Assembly: GCA_009103225.1 (NCBI GenBank)
Contig: RHPI01003511.1
Location: forward strand, 53,087 to 117,086
From: Chlorokybus atmophyticus
Lineage: Eukaryota; Plantae; Mesostigma and Chlorokybus algae
DNA length: 64,000 nt
Direction: 5' to 3'
This document shows, piece after piece, positions 54,501 to 64,000 of the stretch. Each line of letters opens with the position of its first letter. Position 1 is the stretch's first letter. The position numbers and the translations under genes were made by a program. The notes below the pieces were generated by a model that ran no database searches, had not been told where the DNA came from, and saw only the letters and a program-made list of their open reading frames with translations.

Positions 54501-56308
54501 GGTTGACGCAGCGGCTGCCGCTTAACAGAGCCTTGTCTTCATAGGGCAACGCGGTTGAGGCAGAAACTGTCGCTGGCAATGGTGCTCGAGCTGCCGTGCT
54601 GTGCTTTTCCGTTGACGACACGGGTACTTGTGAACCTTTGCCAGAGTCAGCCCCAACACATGGGGTCAGCTGCGCTATTGTTGGAAGTGGTCACCTTGGA
54701 TTGTGGCGCAGGTATTGGCATCCCTGCTGATCGGCGGGAGGCCGTGTTTGAGCCTTTTGTGCAGGTGGACGCTACTTCAACACGACAGTTTGGAGGTTTG
54801 GTTTTGCCCTGAGTACTGCATGCCCGTGGTTGTACAAGTCACTTAGCACTGCCACTTGACCATTTGCTATGTCTCTGTGTCATTGCCTGCGCGTGTGTGA
54901 CCGTTGTCATTGACACAGGTACTGGGCTGGGATTACCCATCTGTAAGAACCTGCTGGCGTTGATGGGAGGGGACATTTGCATTGCCGACAAGCCGCCTCC
55001 TGGCACGCGTGTGGAGGTCAAGATGCCCGTTAAGGTTCCTTCAGCTCAGCCGGTAAAGTCAGCGCCATGCTGTTTGCTCTCTGGTGCATGCAGTTGAAGC
55101 CAGCCATGACTCACAGCACAGCACCTGTCCTTGTTGTACTGATCAGTTGCCTTTGTATGCCCAGCAAAAGGTTGATGGGGATCGGAGCGGATTGTCTTGG
55201 ACCAATGCATCCCTCAGGGCCGCGTCTGTGGTGCTCCTCATGCGGAAGGGCCTGGCACGGTCAATGGCGCAGGCGGCACTATTGTCCCGACAGGCGGTGG
55301 TCATTGCTCCCGAGAATGTTGACGAGCTGCAGCATCAGAGCAAGGGCATGTCGGCAGGACCCAGCCAATCAGTAATTGTTGTATTGGACACCGACTGGCC
55401 AATGGATCAGCCATGCGGTCAACCTCTGCATGCTGTCATCTCAGATATGATGCAGAGTATCTTGCTTGAACGCTGCGTGCTGGTTGTTGGCGCCGCGATG
55501 GATGGATCCCTGCTGCCAGGCCTTGAGCGGATACAGGGCGTGCACGTGATGCGCGTGCGCAAGCCTCTGCATCCCGTGCGGGTTGTGAAGAGCGTGACTG
55601 CGGCATTGCAGCGGTCAATGGCACCAGACACCGACTCCCCTGGCAGGCCAAGTCCTGTCCAGTCCACCCAAAGCAGCCCGCAGCAATACGATTTGCATGG
55701 CTTGAAGGTCCTGCTGGCCGAGGTGAGTCCATTCATGCCAGAGAGACATACAACACCAGTCTTGGCATCAGAGCTTGTTGATGTGCACTAATCCGGCACT
55801 TGACAGGACAACGTGGTGAATCAGAAGCTTGTCTGCACCCTGCTGCGGCGCCAAGGGGCGGAAGTCACGGTGGTCGGTGACGGCGCGCAGGCCGTGGCAG
55901 CAGTCGCTCAACAGGAATTTGATGTGGTCTTCATGGATGGACAGGTGGGGCAATACGCATACATAGGGTGTGCAATGCAAGGTACTGTCAGGCCCTGAGT
56001 TCGCTTCCTTTGCTTGCGTGGCAGATGCCGGTGAAGTCAGGTTATGAAGCCACGAAAGAGATACGCCATAGCGAAAAAGGCACGGGCCGCCACTTGCCCA
56101 TTGTTGCACTGACAGCACATGCTGGTGCTGAGGTAGGAGTCTCTTCGTCGGTCTTGAGTGATTGTGTGTATGCATTGATGTCAATTCAAGTTGCTGTATA
56201 CAGGAGGAGCACACGTCCCTGTCCAGTGGCCTGGATGCCTACCTGGTCAAGCCCATCAGCGTTAGTGCATTGTATGCAACAGCTGCACGCTATCGCCGGC
56301 AGCGGTGA
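51532..56308 (+). CDS. AHK1: AHK1/CKI1-type hybrid histidine kinase, copy B, same architecture as copy A; start 51532 or 51629
   Basis: RNTVLFTRLAMV|AILAVAL, GHGDVYIITNDGLLISAS, ILRATDS, VLVLPR|SFLL, TCGVSREVRLK, FLSTLSHELR|TPL, NLVSNSVKFT, DDT|GIGI, FG|GTGLGL, VLLAE|DN, VFMDGQ|MP, TAHA, GLDAYLVKP...RRQR*. Confidence 0.9.
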
Positions 56309-57550
56309 CACAGAATGTTGTGGCGCGGAGCCATCAAGCATAATCTCTGCGCAAACATCGTGGTTGCCGTGACACTGCAGGGCGTCAGGCGTACAAACAC
56401 TGGCAGGCTTGAAACAAAGGTATTGCCCATCTTATTGCTGCAGTTCAGTTTGGCTTACAGTGAGCAGAACAGAAGTATATCTCGCCTTCCACAGACCCAA
56501 AACGCAAGGCCTAGGTGACACCACGCGCCCCTGCTGGCTTGGTGAAGTGTGTGCAAATGCGTACAGCACGCATTCTGGCGGCAGCCCCTAAGCAAACGCC
56601 AAGAACATGAACAGCAGCGGGTGTGACAAGACGACCGTGCGGCAATAGCTCGCGTGGCGGCTGATGTGCGTTGCATCATCACTGACATCGACCATAGACA
56701 TCAGCGCTAGGATCTTATCCAGTTGTGCAAGCAACTTGTAGTGTAATGTCAATTGCCAACACATTTACATGGACTATCTTCTGGCTCCAGTTATGCATTT
56801 CCAGCCCTGGTTGTGCAATGATTGCTTGCACATCATGTTGGCCTTGGATGCAGGGCTTTTCATGTGCTTGTCACTGACAAATGCGCATGCATGGGCTGAT
56901 TGGAACCTGTACTGCCAGGTCTGCTGGTGGTTAGCAACAGTCTGCTACTTGTCCTATCCTTGCTACTTGTCCTACCCGCCCTTGCCTGCTTCTTGCACGC
57001 ACGTAGTTAGCAGCACGCACGTAGTGTAGCTGCCCGCTGCTTGATTGCTTTCTTGTTTGCTGGCTCGTGTCTAGGTGTGCTGCTGTCTGCCTGAGTGCTA
57101 TGTTGTGATTCTTTGCATCAGCAACACATGGACAGTCTATGCATTTAGGTATGATGGTTTGGGAAGTCTATGTAGGCATCTCATGGTTTATGTAGTGTAT
57201 CAAAGGTGCAAGAGGGAATTTGTACATGCACAACCTGCTGTGCAATGCCACAAACACTCACCATCTCGACCACCGGGATAAGGCGGTTACATGCTACTCA
57301 CTGATTGTGCAGGGCTTATGTGTGCACAAACAGATAGCTACTACTAGACTTGCACACGCGCAAGCCATAACATCGCAAGGGACCAGGTCAATGCTTGATC
57401 AACCTCCACACTTCTTGGGGGCGCAGGTGAAACATCAAAGGGTGACACGGGTTGGGCAGATGAGAGCAGGTTATTAGGCGCACGGTTTGGAACTACTGCA
57501 TAGACCGCTACATGGACCGAATGGTATGAAAGGGGCCACCTGATCCCCCC

Positions 57551-57566
57551 CACCACCACCACCACC

Positions 57567-57602
<36 letters not shown>
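57551..57602. repeat. (CAC)n/(CA)n compound microsatellite
   Basis: Visible. Confidence 0.9.
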
Positions 57603-57604
<2 letters not shown>

Positions 57605-58077
57605 ACCCCACCCCCCATTGGTACATCAAGCAACAAGACATCAGGATTTATCCGCAGCTTTCTACGTGACGATAACAATGCCTCGTCACAACAGTGCTAT
57701 ACTTCTCAGGCCCTTTGTGACCATTGCATAATCACAGGTGGGTGAGTGGTTGAATACCGTACTTGCTCAAATAGAATCCCCCCCTTTGCACAGGAGCCCC
57801 ACCCCTTTATATGAAGGGGGCTTGTATTTAGGCGGCTTCAATTGCAATGGGGGGCCTCCATTTGGTGCGAGTTATGATGTTATTTATGCAAATCGCGCGC
57901 ATCATAAGTGTGACACTTGATGCGCGCGATCCACACATGAAGCAGCAACAACTCGCGTCAGGCGGAACCGACTGAGCACAATGGGCCCCATTGTGTCATG
58001 CGGCCGTTTGTAACCGGTCGGGGAGCTTGTAAGTGTTTACATAAGCCCCCAATCCTTTTTGTCAGGGGAGTTTATAG

Positions 58078-58152
58078 GGATGGTTGTCACTGGCACGCCA
58101 TACTCCTTGAATACATGTGGCTATGTGTCGATTGATTGGGACGCCAAACAGC
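58078..58152 (+). repeat. Exact 75-bp copy of histidine kinase B exon sequence (52258-52332) abutting a gap; likely artefact
   Basis: Identical sequence, offset 5820 bp, immediately followed by Ns. Confidence 0.85.
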
Positions 58153-58326
58153 NNNNNNNNNNNNNNNNNNNNNNNNNNNNNNNNNNNNNNNNNNNNNNNN
58201 NNNNNNNNNNNNNNNNNNNNNNNNNNNNNNNNNNNNNNNNNNNNNNNNNNNNNNNNNNNNNNNNNNNNNNNNNNNNNNNNNNNNNNNNNNNNNNNNNNNN
58301 NNNNNNNNNNNNNNNNNNNNNNNNNN
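58153..58326. other. Assembly gap
   Basis: Run of N. Confidence 1.
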
Positions 58327-59060
58327 GGGGGAGGGGCTTCTATCTGGGCAGATACGTTAAGTGGTAGTATTCAAGGTGGATAAGGTACTAAGTAGCCCGG
58401 TGGTCGTGTATATAGTCTACCCTCCGTGTGGTGACCATGAATGTCTGGAGGCATTTGGTCATTACACGGAGGTGTCGTTCTTTCGATGTAGTGACGGACT
58501 GTCACTATAATGCGTTAATGCTAAATAATGACCATCTGTCATTGCAATGAGGGATTTATTGGCAAAATATAAGCAATCGGATAAATTATTACTTCTGTTG
58601 ATGTACCGAGTTAACAAAAGCTTTCTTGTTGCAAAAATTTAAATCTTACATAGCTACGCCGCATCACAGTATGAGGGAAGAAAATCTAATTCTTGGTTAT
58701 ATAGCCTTTTTATTTGTTATAACCGCTGCATACAATGCAATGATTACAATTCCTAAGAACTTATTATATGTCAAAAAACAAAGGAAATAACAGAGCCGTA
58801 TGCGATAAAAGTTGCACGGTTCGGAAAGAATGCGTTGTATACCAATCTTATATTACATTTGAGTATATCGCAAGACTTCAAATATTTAATATCAAGAAAG
58901 CAAGTTATGCATCCACCAAGAGCTGGACATCTTCATGTACTTACACAATTGATCATTACATCAAAGTATTCATGCCATTTGTAACAACAACTGGTCACTA
59001 CAACGAAGTTTGCAAACCTGTCACGAATTGAGATAAATTGTGACAAACCTCACTCATGGG

Positions 59061-59397
59061 AGTGTCTTTTACTACCATAGCCTAATGGTCGGGCCCCAAT
59101 TGTTACAATGGTGACGGAGCTTGACGTTTCAGGTTCAATTCCCGTAGGGGACTGAGGCAGATCCAAGGCCAAAACAAAAACATTTGGGGCGGCTTGCCTT
59201 AGGCTGGGCGCGGGATCACGACCTGCGCGCCGAGCTAGTTCAACCTAAGGTCGCGTGAGCGGTCGCGCTGCGATGGCAGGTCGCGCGGTGAGGATGGCCG
59301 TTCCGTCGGTCACGAGCGTTCGTGGGCAGACCGGTCGTAGTAGTGTCTTTTACTACCATAGCCTAGTGGTCGGGCCCCAATTGTTACAAAACCCTAA
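59061..59397 (+). mobile_element. Small element bounded by 48-bp direct repeats with a tRNA-like (A/B box) head; candidate SINE or miniature LTR element
   Basis: Repeats at 59061-59108 and 59342-59389 (1 mismatch); A-box TAGCCTA(A/G)TGG; B-box GGTTCAATTCC at 59132-59142. Confidence 0.5.
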
Positions 59398-60111
59398 TCA
59401 ATGCATTTCATACATGTTGCCCTTTTTATAGTGACGCTCCCCACTAGCATCGATTGTCCTTACAGGGAGTTTCATAGTCATTACAAAGGTGAAAAATTGC
59501 CACATGTAAAACGGTTAAACAGTATTTTGTCATTATTGAGAGGGTGTCGTAAGAAAGACTGCACATATAGCGAGGGTAGACTGTATGTCGTACATGATGG
59601 TGAGCATGCAATGTCGCAGTCAATGACCGCGACTTGCGCTGCAAATTTTACACGGTGACTGATCAGGGACTGAGGGACTGACGAGTGCCTGACCCTACCT
59701 GACCGTACCTAACCCTGACGACTTGGGCCATAAAAGGACTGACGAGACTGCCGGTGTATATTGTGGATAATAATCAACGCCCGATGGCCTATTATACGAT
59801 ACAATGGACTGCTGCCTGCCTGTCATGACCTGCTTGTGATATATGTCAACGGCCGACCGCCGGTCGTACAGCACCCGCGGTGGCGACCTACCTGTTATGG
59901 CAATAAAGTCACCTCTCAGTCCCCTAATTTCGACGAATGATACGGAATATATACGTAGTTGATATAACCGACCGCCGGTCGTATAGCATTTTGCGACGGT
60001 TATGTATCAAATTTGGCAAGCAAGTGACTTATCAGTCCCAACTTAGGGACGAGCGGTGGCGGTGAGTTGGGAAGTACCGATATATGATACGATGGAAGTT
60101 TCGTCTTAAGA

Positions 60112-60228
60112 CAATGGTACGATCGTACCATTGATATGATACAGCAGTACCATTGCAATGGTACCATGGTATTGATACTTTTGTATCATTACGATGGTAC
60201 AAAAGTACCATCGTACTGGTACGATGGT
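60112..60228. repeat. Cluster of GTAC-centred palindromes and inverted repeats
   Basis: 22-bp palindrome 60112-60133; 18-bp palindrome 60147-60164; 10-bp inverted repeats 60191-60214 and 60207-60228. Confidence 0.9.
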
Positions 60229-60352
60229 GTCATAAGGGAAGCCGTTGAGTTTTCAAACTGAACGGCCCCCTCGTGAATTCAAACGATAAGCCGCAACACA
60301 ACGCTCAACTGTGCAAGTTGACTTGACGCAACTGAGCGTTGTGCTGCTGCGG

Positions 60353-60384
<32 letters not shown>

Positions 60385-61133
60385 GCGACAGGTATGTGCT
60401 TGTGCATGTCTTGTCGTGTAGTGCGTAGCAGCGCAGCCTGACCGCCCTTCGTGTTGTAGGGCGCCCATCAGGCCAAGCGGCGGCGGCGGCGGCGGCCGCC
60501 AGCAGGTGCGCTGTCGTTGTTGTTGTGGTGGTGGTGGTGGTGTGTATATAATGTGTTGCGCCGCCCTAGCTGACCGCCCCTCTTTCCTTACGGACGGCCA
60601 TGCTAGGAGGGCGCAAGCAGCAGGCAAGCGGCAGTATAAGACTTAGCGGCGGCAGACTGTAGTGTAGTAGGTAGTACTACTACTGTAGTAGTGTAATAGT
60701 ATATCGTAGTATGTTAGCAGTGGGGCTTGTACTGTGTAGGTGACATGTATATGACTGTGATGTAATCAAGTTGTGATAGGCGTGTCGCAAGATCCGGGGG
60801 GACACTTTTCGAAAATGGCTGGGGCTGATTTGGCGATCATGAGATCACGCAGAATTCGCCGAATTTCAGCTGAAATCGCTGATCTTGCGCTTTGCAGGTT
60901 ATGGGAGTTCCATTAACGCGCATACTCGGCGCGCAGTGTGGCAAAAAGCTTAACCGCGATTATCTCGCGTGCAGCGGGTTTTGAACCCCGGTAGCCGGCA
61001 TTGTGGGCTCGATACGCTGCCAACTAGGCCACGCCGTATAGCAAACACATCACACTTTGTTTACAAACTCATCAGGGTATTACCCTTGCCGCGGTGGAAT
61101 GTGCCACACTATCTATAACTGTTCGTGTACTGG

Positions 61134-61204
61134 TACCCGCGGTGTAGTGGGTAGCACGGGAATCTCACATTCACGCGACGGGGGATCAATTCCCGGCGGC
61201 CGCG
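61134..61204 (+). pseudogene. Degenerate tRNA-like sequence (Val-CAC-like) or SINE head
   Basis: D-arm GTGT-AGTGGGTA-GCAC pairs; loop CTCACAT; T-loop variant GGATCAATTCC. Anticodon and T stems are poorly paired. Confidence 0.45.
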
Positions 61205-61573
61205 CTCATCGTGAGTTCGGCTTTTCACTTTTCAGTGCGCGTCGATGGCGTGTAGATTATAGAATGGCGTGTAGATTATAGAAAGCTCCAACATTTTGCC
61301 GCCTTGAGGCGGAGGACCCGCAGACGCGGGTTAGTGGAGGTCTAGGGTCAAATTTCGGCTAAATAAGATTTGGGCAGTTATAGCTTTCATGTTGTTTGTT
61401 TTTTTGCGGTCATGTGAGTGAATAAATAGAAGCTTATCCTGTTACCTACACGTAGCTATTTTTTTTATAATATTCTGGCTAGTGACGCGGCAGTATGCCG
61501 CGCCAAAGGGGCATGTGTAAATCACCGGTAATTATGAGACCCCCGACTTTATGAAAATTCACGGCAAACGCAC

Positions 61574-62110
61574 TGAATATTCGTTTGATTTACCGCTTCA
61601 GCTTTTTATCGAGTGAATATTCAAGTGTTTTCGTACATTCTGTGCAATCCCTGCCAAAACGAAATCGCGACATTCACCTATAAATCGCGTGAATATCCAC
61701 ACGATAAATCAATGCCACCTTTCAAAACCCATATACCTCGTATATTCAGTTGAAATCGATTGAATGTTCAAGGGCATGCAGTTGTGAATGGACACAGCAT
61801 ATGCTCTGCTAAATATTCAGCTATACATTGCCTGAACATTCATGAAGGGGCATAGACTTGTGGCTATAACAGACAGCTTAAACTCACCAAGTCCCAACTG
61901 CCCGTGAATAATCAGTTGATCAGCTTGTCACACATGTATATTCATAACCTTCATCAGTTTCATGCCACAGATGTGAGTGAACATTCAACACCAATCTGAA
62001 ACTACGCAATACGATTCACACTAAGTCCTAGCTTTGAGTGAATTTTCAACACCATTCCAAAACCAAGCAATACGTTTTTGCACTAACTCCTAGCGGTGAG
62101 TGAATATTCA
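61574..62110. repeat. Array of about 11 TGAATATTCA-like palindromes, ending in a degenerate ~62-bp tandem repeat
   Basis: Copies at 61574, 61614, 61690, 61740, 61761, 61811, 61833, 61905, 61936, 61978, 62039, 62101. Confidence 0.85.
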
Positions 62111-62321
62111 ACCCCACACGAATAAACATATACTCTCATTTTGGCCAAGTCTCGAATGTGATTGAAAACCAAGTAGATTGCACTGCTAATTCTAATATAC
62201 AGTCTAGTATATGTCACAGCCAGAGTTGCTCAGCAATTCTACACAGCTGGTTTGAGTTGATGGTGGGGGACAGCTCTGATATGGACTACAGCATTGCTAT
62301 GCTACACACCACCTGCTACTA

Positions 62322-63954
62322 CTAGCTCAACTCATGTCTTTGCTGTGCTAACATACTGTCCATGAGTGTTCGCAATCGTCTTCTCAACCTGTCTGCCACT
62401 TGAGGATGAAACCAACTCCTTTGCATCTGCACACAACCACACAGCAATAACATGTGGTTACTAAGCACGTGTCGGCCTACACGACAGTGCCATTGAAGCA
62501 CCTTCCACTTGTAAACATTGCAGTGCACATGCATGAACTGTACCTGTTGAAATATCCGTGCGTTTGGGTCAATTGGACCAGCTTGTACCCCATCTATAAA
62601 CTTGTCAAGATAAAGCATGACAAACAACCCGCACGCAACTCCATCCTTCTGCTGAGGGACCTGCACAAACATGTGTCAATGCTTGCAAACCAAATGCATG
62701 TGCATGCATCCAATCAGTGCTTGTGACAGAATGCATGCAAACTCATCACTAGTGCAATGCAACGTGTGCTACCTGTGGTACAAGAAGCTGTACGTTTTCG
62801 GGAGAGAAGCGTCGTTGTGAGTCACTTCCATGCTTTCTGCCCCACATGTAGTCAAGGTAAGCGCGCATAGGTCCATCAACGTTGCGATGCAGGCCAAGGG
62901 AGTCGAGATGGACGAGTAAAGGCGGCGTGTCACTTCCAAGTTGGCCTCCAGGATTGCACACAAGCAGCAGACTCCAGTGAGTCCTGTGAAAAATCAAAAA
63001 AATTCCAGTTTGCAAATACAGCAGCAATTCAGCAAGATATTCTTGGCGCTTATTCTCACCGCGTGTCTGGGTTGACAATCACTCCCAGCAAGTCCTTGGC
63101 AAACGGATCACTCTCCCACCTGTCTATCCTGTGATTGCTCGTGTGCCAGTCATTTTGTCTATGGCAGCGCACGATCTTGGTGTAGAAATGCGGGTGGAAC
63201 AGCTTCACCTGAATGCCATCTGCTCTGCCTAAGATTTCCTCTTCCTTGTATCTGCATGTGCATCCCACGTACATATGAGATACACGAATAACACAGACGC
63301 AACAAATCACATACCTGCAAAAGAAGTGGAGGATGGTGTCATTGAGCTCTTGTCTGCCATCCAGCAACCTTCTGTCCGTTTCAAGCACTGGCACCGCATC
63401 ACGTGCACTTGCACTAGGGTAAATGAACAGTGGCTGCAGTGTTGACGGCTGCGGGTTGCTGACTGGATCGTCCAGCACCATGATGTCATCATCGCTGCCC
63501 ACGAGGTCCACAACTGCCGCAGCCGTTGTGGGTTGCTGATTACAGCCCTCTTCGTCTTCATCGTCAACTTCCATCATGACTGCCTCTGCAGCCATATATG
63601 GTTCAATTGGGCAAGAACCACAACGCAAATCAACAAGCTCAAGCACACAGCAGCTTACCATTGTTAGCCTCATCCCCACTCTCTTCAACGTGTTGAAGCC
63701 CACTCTGCACAGGTTGTGAAACCCTACCGCAACTGCCCGGCAGAGAACGACGAGCAAGGCTCTCCCTTGAGAGCTGCGCTGGAGCACGACCTTCTTCGTA
63801 CGCAGCGCATCGCGAGCACGTAACCTCAACCATGCTACCCACAGCGTGCCGTCGACAGAGGCTGTTTGAACACGTCGCGCAGACTTGAAAAGCTGCTTCG
63901 TTGCAGTTCTTCACTTGGCACCTGTGTTTTGGTTCAGTACAAGTGATGATGGTT
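62322..63954 (-). CDS. Ulp1/C48 SUMO protease (ULP2/OTS-like) with upstream Cys/His finger and SIM-like motifs; 5' end beyond the window; possibly transposon-borne
   Basis: LFIYP..DAVPV, ELNDTILHFF, FYTK, R|THWSLLLVCNPG (His), LVHLDSL (Asp), VPQQKDGVACGLFV (Gln, Cys), WFHPQ; introns with GT/AG. Confidence 0.85.
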
Positions 63955-64000
63955 CTAGGAGTGAAGTTCCTCACAACAAGATGCCAAGCATTTGCTGCAA

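Noticed and set aside
59061-59389. CRISPR-like array
   Set aside because: Only two repeats with a 233-bp spacer, no cas genes, eukaryotic context.
60253-60627. Pro/Arg-rich ORF over (GGC)n
   Set aside because: Microsatellite translation with no domain.
61155-61175. tRNA-Sec or opal suppressor (TCA anticodon in an alternative register)
   Set aside because: Requires C33 and no position 26; lacks the long variable arm and extended acceptor stem.
61478-61505. Helitron 3' end (GC hairpin plus CTAG on the minus strand)
   Set aside because: The hairpin is only 2-3 nt from CTAG and the next base is not T.

Overview
Gene-dense, intron-rich eukaryotic nuclear DNA from a draft assembly with four N gaps and several single Ns. 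A flagellar central-pair gene (PF16/SPAG6) sits alongside land-plant-type genes (OEP40, plant eIF4B, MAP3K-epsilon, AHK1-type histidine kinases), which suggests a flagellate streptophyte alga. That taxon call is inference. I reconstructed 12 protein-coding genes by hand from splice signals and remembered family motifs: a MAP3K-epsilon-like probable pseudokinase (-), an LMW-PTP (+), PF16 (+), an OEP40-like plastid outer-envelope channel (-), an EGF-containing GT47 exostosin (+), eIF4B (+), a coiled-coil type II membrane protein with a degenerate GT2-like domain (-), deoxyhypusine synthase (+), PGAP1 (-), an Aurora-like kinase (+), and two paralogous AHK1-like hybrid histidine kinases arranged head-to-head (-/+). 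The last ~6 kb looks mobile-element derived. It holds tRNA-like heads, palindrome clusters, a TGAATATTCA repeat array, and a 13th gene, 5'-truncated, encoding a Cys-rich finger plus a Ulp1 SUMO protease (-). The most notable items are the pseudokinase paired with a phosphatase, the divergent AHK1 pair with a perfect 23-bp inverted repeat between them, the algal OEP40, the pseudo-glycosyltransferase and the Ulp1-bearing repeat block. No searches were run. All homology calls come from recalled motifs.
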